A stretch of 64,000 nt of DNA, taken from NCBI GenBank assembly GCA_951406725.2, contig OX597825.1, forward strand, positions 23,064,001-23,128,000, written 5' to 3'. The DNA is from Octopus vulgaris. Taxonomy: Eukaryota. The position numbers and the translations under genes were made by a program. The first letter of the stretch is position 1; each line of letters opens with the position of its first letter. The notes under the pieces were generated by a model. That model worked only from the letters and a program-made list of their open reading frames with translations, had not been told where the DNA came from and ran no database searches. Positions 56,701-64,000 of this stretch are shown in pieces.

Positions 56701-56849
56701 TTACGTTGTTATCCTCATTCCGTAAACGGTGACTTTTAACGGGGGGAGTACTGAACCATCCTGGGGTACAGAGGATACGCAATCTAGACTAGGGACTGAA
56801 AGTTTACCACACCATTGTGGGTTACACCACGGTTCCTCTGCTTCGTGGC

Positions 56850-57039
56850 AGAAGTAGGAAGAGAGAGTGAGAGAAAGTTGTGGTGAAAGAGTACAGCAGG
56901 GTTCACCACCCTTCTCCGCCGGAACTTTGTGGATCTTAGGTGTTTTTGTTCAATAAATACTCACTATGTCTGGGAATCGAAACCGCGTTCTTACGAACGC
57001 GAGTCTACCACCCTAACCACTGGGCCATTGCGCCTCCAC
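56850..57039 (-). mobile_element. SINE family B head and core
   Basis: ccctaaccactgggccattgcgcctccac and gagtgagagaaagttgtgg match the other family B copies. Confidence 0.75.
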
Positions 57040-57096
57040 TTGTTGCTGCTGTTGTTGATGTTCTGTGATTGTTGTTGTTATTGCTGCTGCTACTGC

Positions 57097-57127
<31 letters not shown>

Positions 57128-60100
57128 GGTGGTGGTGGTGGTGGTGGCCGTCGTCGTCCTCGTCGTGGTGTTGATGTGTTGTAGTTGTTTATTGATGTTG
57201 TTTCTCTAGCATTTGTCATTGTTGCTATTGCTCTTATGGCTGTCGTTCTAATCTCATGTCATCTCTGATCTGGCAAATCTATGATGGGAGCTCTTCGAAT
57301 CATGCCTACGCCGTCTTCCTTCGGGATATGTAGTGTGTCTAAGACTACTTTATACACTATACTGCCTTTAGCTAAAACGGCAAGGTTACATGAATCACAG
57401 GAAAAAAACACACAATCAACCTCTGAATCACTATAAAATTCTATATGCATCATAATGTATGCTGATTGCTAAAATAACATGACAATGTCCAACAATCTTA
57501 TTTGCAACTGGTAAATAATTCAACAAAACTCATCTCAAGACAGACATATGTTTTCGGATATTCTTGTTCATAAGAAATTACTGTACTTTCAACTGTGTAT
57601 TTGGATTTAAGTTTTCCGAGTCTTCTTGGGGGTTTTTGGGTCCAGAATTTCTTTGTCTAGTTTATAGAGCTCATCTGTGTTCGATATATAACGATGTGTA
57701 AATGAAATATTGCGACTTAACAGTCCATTTGTTCAAAATTATCCATTAAAAATCGTGTGTATTTGAGACGATACCAATAAGGAATAAGTTTTTTTGCTTA
57801 TAATTAAATTAGAAGAGTACGTCGCTTCAGAACCATGTGCTGCACATACGAACACACAAACATTCTGCGTTTATTGCATAAGAGACCATTCAACGCACAT
57901 GCAATTATTCAAGCTTGAACACGTTCACTACCCATGCACACATGTGCTCTTGTTTTTGTTCTGCCTGTTGTAACACATCCATAACTGTGTTTCGCTTTAT
58001 TGAAACACAGTTTATCTATCTCCTTAGTTCCCCTGGAAAACTTCTTCTGTCGACTTTCTTTCAGTGCCCTTACTGCCTTTAAAAGAACCTGCTCGGTTCT
58101 TACTTCCGAGAGATATATGTCTCTGGGCTCCATACTCCGTGTTTCTCACACCTATCCAAGAAAAATAGAAAATTAGCAGAGTCACTAAAACGCTAGATAA
58201 CCTCTTGCTATTTGTTCCGCTTCTCTTTGCGACTTCAAATCTCGCCAAGCTCAATATTACCTTTCACCCTTTCGGGGTCAATAACGAAATGATAATCCAG
58301 GCAAAGGAATAGAGAACATAAGAACGTCGAACGAGGACCCTGCGGCAACTATTCAGGCTCTTTGCATTCTAAATCCACATCACGCCAAGACCGAGATGGA
58401 GAGAAGACTTAATCCGTCATCAGGTTTAACCCTGCTATACGGTGTCTTTAACTAAAAGCAGGCCCCTCTCTGTTTCATATATTCAGATCAGGCCACCAGT
58501 TTAAGGATGTCTTCTTCTCTCTTTCCGACCAGTGTTGAGACACGGCGAAGTGACGTATATACAAATGTCCTTCCTGAGTAAAACATGAAAGATAAAAACC
58601 CACATCGAATTTAACGTTGAAGCTAAGAACCAATCGCACCAAAGTAATCAGTCCAGATGAAGCCGTAAAACCTCTATAGATATGCACCTTCAGTTTTAAG
58701 AAAAATTCAAGAAACAGTCCAACACTTTAACCATGAAACAATAACATGGTTCTGAGTTCAGTCCCACAGCGCGACATTGTGGACAGATGCCTTCTACTGT
58801 AGCCTTGGGCCAACCAAAGCCCTGTGTGTGGATTTGGTAGACGGAAACTGAAAGAAGCCCATCGGATATGGGTGCATGTTTGTGCCCTCGCATGTATGCA
58901 TTTTTGTATTGGTGCTTCAGTCCCCGTAAGATAGCGGTTCAGTAAAAGAGATCGATAGAGTACGTAACAGTCTTAAAAAACAAAGAGTACTGTGATCGAT
59001 TCGTTCGACTGAAATACTTCAAGGCGGTGTTCCAGCATGGTCGCAGTATGATGACCGGAACTAGTAAAAGATAAAAGATAGTGACCCTATATTTAATTAC
59101 GTAAAATGTTAATGAGGTTTAAGATTCTGAGCTCTGGACGTTATGCCATCACCTTTTGCGTGACACAAACAATGCTGCCTTCACGGGTAATTCGAGATCT
59201 TAACAAGACATCACCCAATAGTGACAAAATCCAATCTATAGAAATAAATAAAGTGTCCGTGTAATTTTCACGTTGGCGAGCATCTAATGTAAAGACAATC
59301 CAAAAACAAACATTTTTCTTTCTATCCCCTCTCTTTCCCTATCACTCATTCTTTGTTGCATAAACACACACACACACACACACAGACGAGGAGATATAAT
59401 TACAGATTAAAAACAACAAAAACGTTTATAAAAATCGAATTTATAGCTAATGGTTTGCTCCGCGAAATTTGTATGAAAAAAAAGTATTAAATATGGCAGC
59501 CGTGTGAAGAGCGTTTTATTATTTCTTTCTTTAATTGTTATTTACATGTCAGGGAATGTTTTAAAATGGTGGTATTATTCTCAAAATATTCTTTGTTTTA
59601 TCTTTTACTCGATTCAGTTTTTAGTCTGCGGCCATGCTGGGGCACCGCCTTGAGGAACTTTAAGTCGAATGAAACAACTCATCCGTAATTGTTTTTTTAA
59701 AAACCTGGTAATATTCAACCGGTCTCCTTGACCAAACCGCTAAGTTACGAGCAATCAAACACACACCAACAAGAGGTGATGGAGAGCAAACACATACCCA
59801 AAGACACACACACATGTATATACGATGGGGGCTTCTTTCAGTTTCCGTCTACCAAATTCACTCACACGGCTTTGGTTGGCCAGAGGCTACAGCAGAAAAA
59901 ACAAAACCTACCCAAGGTGTCACGCAGTAGAACTGAACCCAGAACCATGTGGTAAGGGAAGCAAGCTTCTCACCACGCAGCTACACTCGCATCTATTAAA
60001 TTTTATTGTATTTCTTGGTTTCTTTTTTATATTTTTCAATTTATTTTCTAAATTATAAAAACCAAAATAATAACTAAGTGGATTGAAAATTTCTCGAATG

Positions 60101-60399
60101 ATATCCGTTTTGGAAAGAATAAAATATAATATTTTTAACCAGCTTATATATATATTTGTTTATTTGTTTTATTTATTTATTATTTCAACAATAACAAAAA
60201 TATTCCATTTGGAAATTGCCACGAATAAATGACATATCATATTTAGGCATTGATTTATTTTTTAATTATTTTTCCCTATGATTTTTGTTGTCTTTTTTTA
60301 AATTCTATTTCTGTTTGTTGTTTGTTGTATTTTATGTTGTTTTGTTTATACATTTATCATTATTGTTTTTGCTGTTGTAGATGTTTTTGTTTGTGGTGT

Positions 60400-61266
60400 T
60401 GCTGGTCGTGGAGGTGATTGTGGTGTAGGTGGTGATGATGATGATGATGATTGTGGTGGTGGTGGTGGTGGTTGTGGTGATGGTGGTGCTGCTGCTGCTG
60501 CTGGTGGTTGTGGTGATGGTGGTAGTGTTGGTGGCTGGGGATAGTGGTGGTGGTGATGATGATGATTGTGGTGGTGGTGGTGGTGGTGGTGGTGGAGGTG
60601 GTGGTGGTGGTGGTGGTGGTGGTGGTGGTGGTTGTGGGAGATAGTAGTGGAGGGGGTGTTGATGATTATGATGATAGCGATGGTGGTGGTTATGATGTTG
60701 GTGATTGTAGTTGTGGTGGTACTGGTGGTAGTTGTGGTGACGGTTGTAGTGTTGGTGGTTGGTGATAGTGGTGGTGGTGGTGGTTGGAGATAGTGGTGGA
60801 GGGTGTGATGATTATCATGGTGGTAGTGATGGTGGTGGTTGTGATGTTGGTGATTGTAGTTGTGGTCGTGCTGGAGGTAGTTGTGGTGATGGTGGTAGTG
60901 TTAGTGGTTGAAGATAGTGGTGGTAGTGGTGGTGATGGTGATGGTGGTGGTGGTGGTTGTGGTGATGGTGATTGTAATAGAAGTGGTGGTGGTGGTGGTG
61001 GTAGGTTCTGGTCATTTGTTGAGTTTCGGGGGGAAATATATCTTTTAAAAACAAATCACGTTAAAGAATTCTACAAGAAAACACGACAAGAAGAAAAAAT
61101 CCCTGAATTTTCATTAATTTAAAAAAGCAAAAAAACAAAAAAACAAAATCAATACTTAAATATTTCTGTCGGTCTATTATCAGCTCACATCTTGAAATGT
61201 GAATTGATAATAGCAAATAGCACCAGCATCATCATCATCACCACAGCAGCAACAGTAGCAGCAGCG

Positions 61267-61347
<81 letters not shown>

Positions 61348-61425
61348 CTGATGATGATGATGATGATGATGATGCTGGTGCTTGTAGTGGTGATTCTGGT
61401 GCTGGTCGTGCAGGTGGTGGTGTTG

Positions 61426-61484
<59 letters not shown>

Positions 61485-61536
61485 AGTTGTGGTGGTAGTA
61501 GTAGTAGCAGTAGTAGTAGTAGTGGTGGTGGTGGTG

Positions 61537-61578
<42 letters not shown>

Positions 61579-61653
61579 CTGCTGCTGCTGATGATGATGA
61601 TGATGGTGCTTGTAGTGGTGATTTTGGTGCTGGCCGTGCTGGAGGTGGTGTTG

Positions 61654-61709
<56 letters not shown>

Positions 61710-61836
61710 AGTTGTGGTGGTAGTAGTAGTAGCAGTAGTAGTAGTAGTGGTGGTGGTGGTGGTAGTAGTAGTAGTGGTAGTAGTAGTAGTAGTAGTGGTG
61801 GTGGTGGTGGTGGTGGTGGTGGTGGTGGTGGTGGCG

Positions 61837-61879
<43 letters not shown>

Positions 61880-62025
61880 CCGTGGTGGTGGTAGTGGTGG
61901 TGGTGGTGTTGGTAGTAGTAGTAATAGTAGTAGTAGTAATGCTTATGATGATGATGATGATTATGCTGGTGCTTGTAGTGGTGATTCTGGTGCTGGTCGT
62001 GCTGGTCGTGCTGGTGATAGTAGTG

Positions 62026-62099
<74 letters not shown>

Positions 62100-62100
62100 C
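60400..62100. repeat. Large compound GGT/GAT/GTA/GCA trinucleotide arrays with higher-order repeats
   Basis: Arrays at 60400-61002 and 61226-62099. The unit gatgctggtgcttgtagtggtgattctggtgctggtcgtg recurs with variation at ~61371, ~61602 and ~61962. Confidence 0.9.
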
Positions 62101-62437
62101 AAGAAGCACAACAACGGAGAATATAAAATCATCAGCTCCCCAGCCATTAAACTTAATTGCAAACTAATAGCAAAAATGAATTTGTTATTTCAAACATTTA
62201 ATTGATTATTTTAAATAATTTTTTGTATTGAAAAACCAGCATTTACCTACAAAGAATCTGTTATTTTCACTGCATCGATGGTGAGGGCATGGCCGGATAC
62301 AGCTTTGCCAAAACGAAGTTGTGGAAACTTCGGCATACCTTGTCTTTTATCTTTTACTTGTTTTTCAGCTATTAGACAGCGGCCATGCTGGGGCACGGCT
62401 TTGAAGAATTTCTTAGTCGAATGAATCGACGCCAGCC

Positions 62438-62468
<31 letters not shown>

Positions 62469-62647
62469 TCAAGCCAAGTACTTATTCTATCATTCTCTTC
62501 TGTCGTGCCGCTAGGTTACGGAGATGTACACAGAATAGTACCAGTTGCCAAGTGGCAGTGAGGGACAAACACGCATACACACACACACACATATACATAC
62601 ATACATAGTCCCACACACACACACTGATAGACGCAGACACACTCACT

Positions 62648-62705
<58 letters not shown>

Positions 62706-62796
62706 TAGATAGATAGATAGAGAGATAGATAGATAGATAGATATGTATGTATATATATATATATATATATATAGATAGATAGATAGATAGATAGAT

Positions 62797-63249
<453 letters not shown>

Positions 63250-63267
63250 ACGGATTATTCATATATG

Positions 63268-63299
<32 letters not shown>

Positions 63300-63304
63300 G
63301 CAAT

Positions 63305-63371
<67 letters not shown>

Positions 63372-63817
63372 AAAAGGACGGTTGAGGTTACGTCCTTTAT
63401 AAAGATTTCTAATGTTGATTCTTTATATTTTGCAGTGAATTTACAGGCGTAAATTTGCGAAGATATGAAAGTAGTACTTGTATATAATATATGATGAATT
63501 TATGGAATGAAGTCTCATAAAATTCATCAATTTAGTTAAAAATGGAGGAGACAAGTTATTAAAATATATAAGAAGCTTAATTCTTGCAGACGATCATTTC
63601 GTACAGAGGTGTAATAATAATGTATATTCATGAATGAATTATATTAGATTAGATGAATTAAATATCAACGTACTCTTCAGTGCAAGAAGTAGAAACCATA
63701 ATACAAGGAACTTAAGAAGGAATATAGCAGAAACATTAGATCTAGGATGTGCATATTTTTTATCCGTATGAGAAAGAGATGTGAGTCCTGTCGGATATTT
63801 AATCATATCTCTCTCTC

Positions 63818-63868
<51 letters not shown>

Positions 63869-64000
63869 ATATATATATATATGGATACATACATATATAT
63901 ATGTGTGTGTGTGTGTGAAGTATATTTGCCACCTAAATGTGGCTAACCACTAAGAATGGATGCTACTGTAGCATGTAGCGCCAGAAGAACATCTCCAGTT

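Noticed and set aside
57259-58700. Short moderately complex ORFs as host exons
   Set aside because: No recognisable motif or consistent splice structure by eye; BLASTx or RNA-seq would be needed.

Overview
This window is AT-rich, microsatellite-saturated eukaryotic DNA with no recognisable host protein-coding exon. Almost every ORF in the supplied track is a translation of (TA)n, (CA)n, (TATG)n, (GATA)n or trinucleotide arrays, or of SINEs. The repeat content suggests an octopod cephalopod genome; this is inferred from the tRNA-derived SINE families and was not verified. Recognisable elements are three abundant SINE families, a young 5'-truncated Penelope-like retroelement (RT + GIY-YIG) arranged as a 1.17-kb tails-out inverted repeat inside (TA)n (14979-18246), and an older Penelope endonuclease remnant. 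Also present are Helitron fragments, two TTAGGG-containing MITEs with 8-bp TSDs, an R4/Dong-like RLE LINE remnant, RTE remnants, a Tx1/L1-like CCHC element inserted in a SINE A-box, and a solo LTR. The most interesting signal is a set of small non-coding cassettes lodged in TA/CA microsatellites that share the Penelope architecture (tails-out inversions and/or ~500-bp monomers with ~105-bp terminal redundancy). These cassettes carry hammerhead ribozyme motifs: one canonical (54022-54086), one G3:C8 compensatory variant (1734-1783), one A9C variant in the Penelope pLTR, and several decayed copies. Together they suggest a (TA)n-targeting Penelope / retrozyme-like circular-RNA system. All base-pairings and alignments were read by eye.
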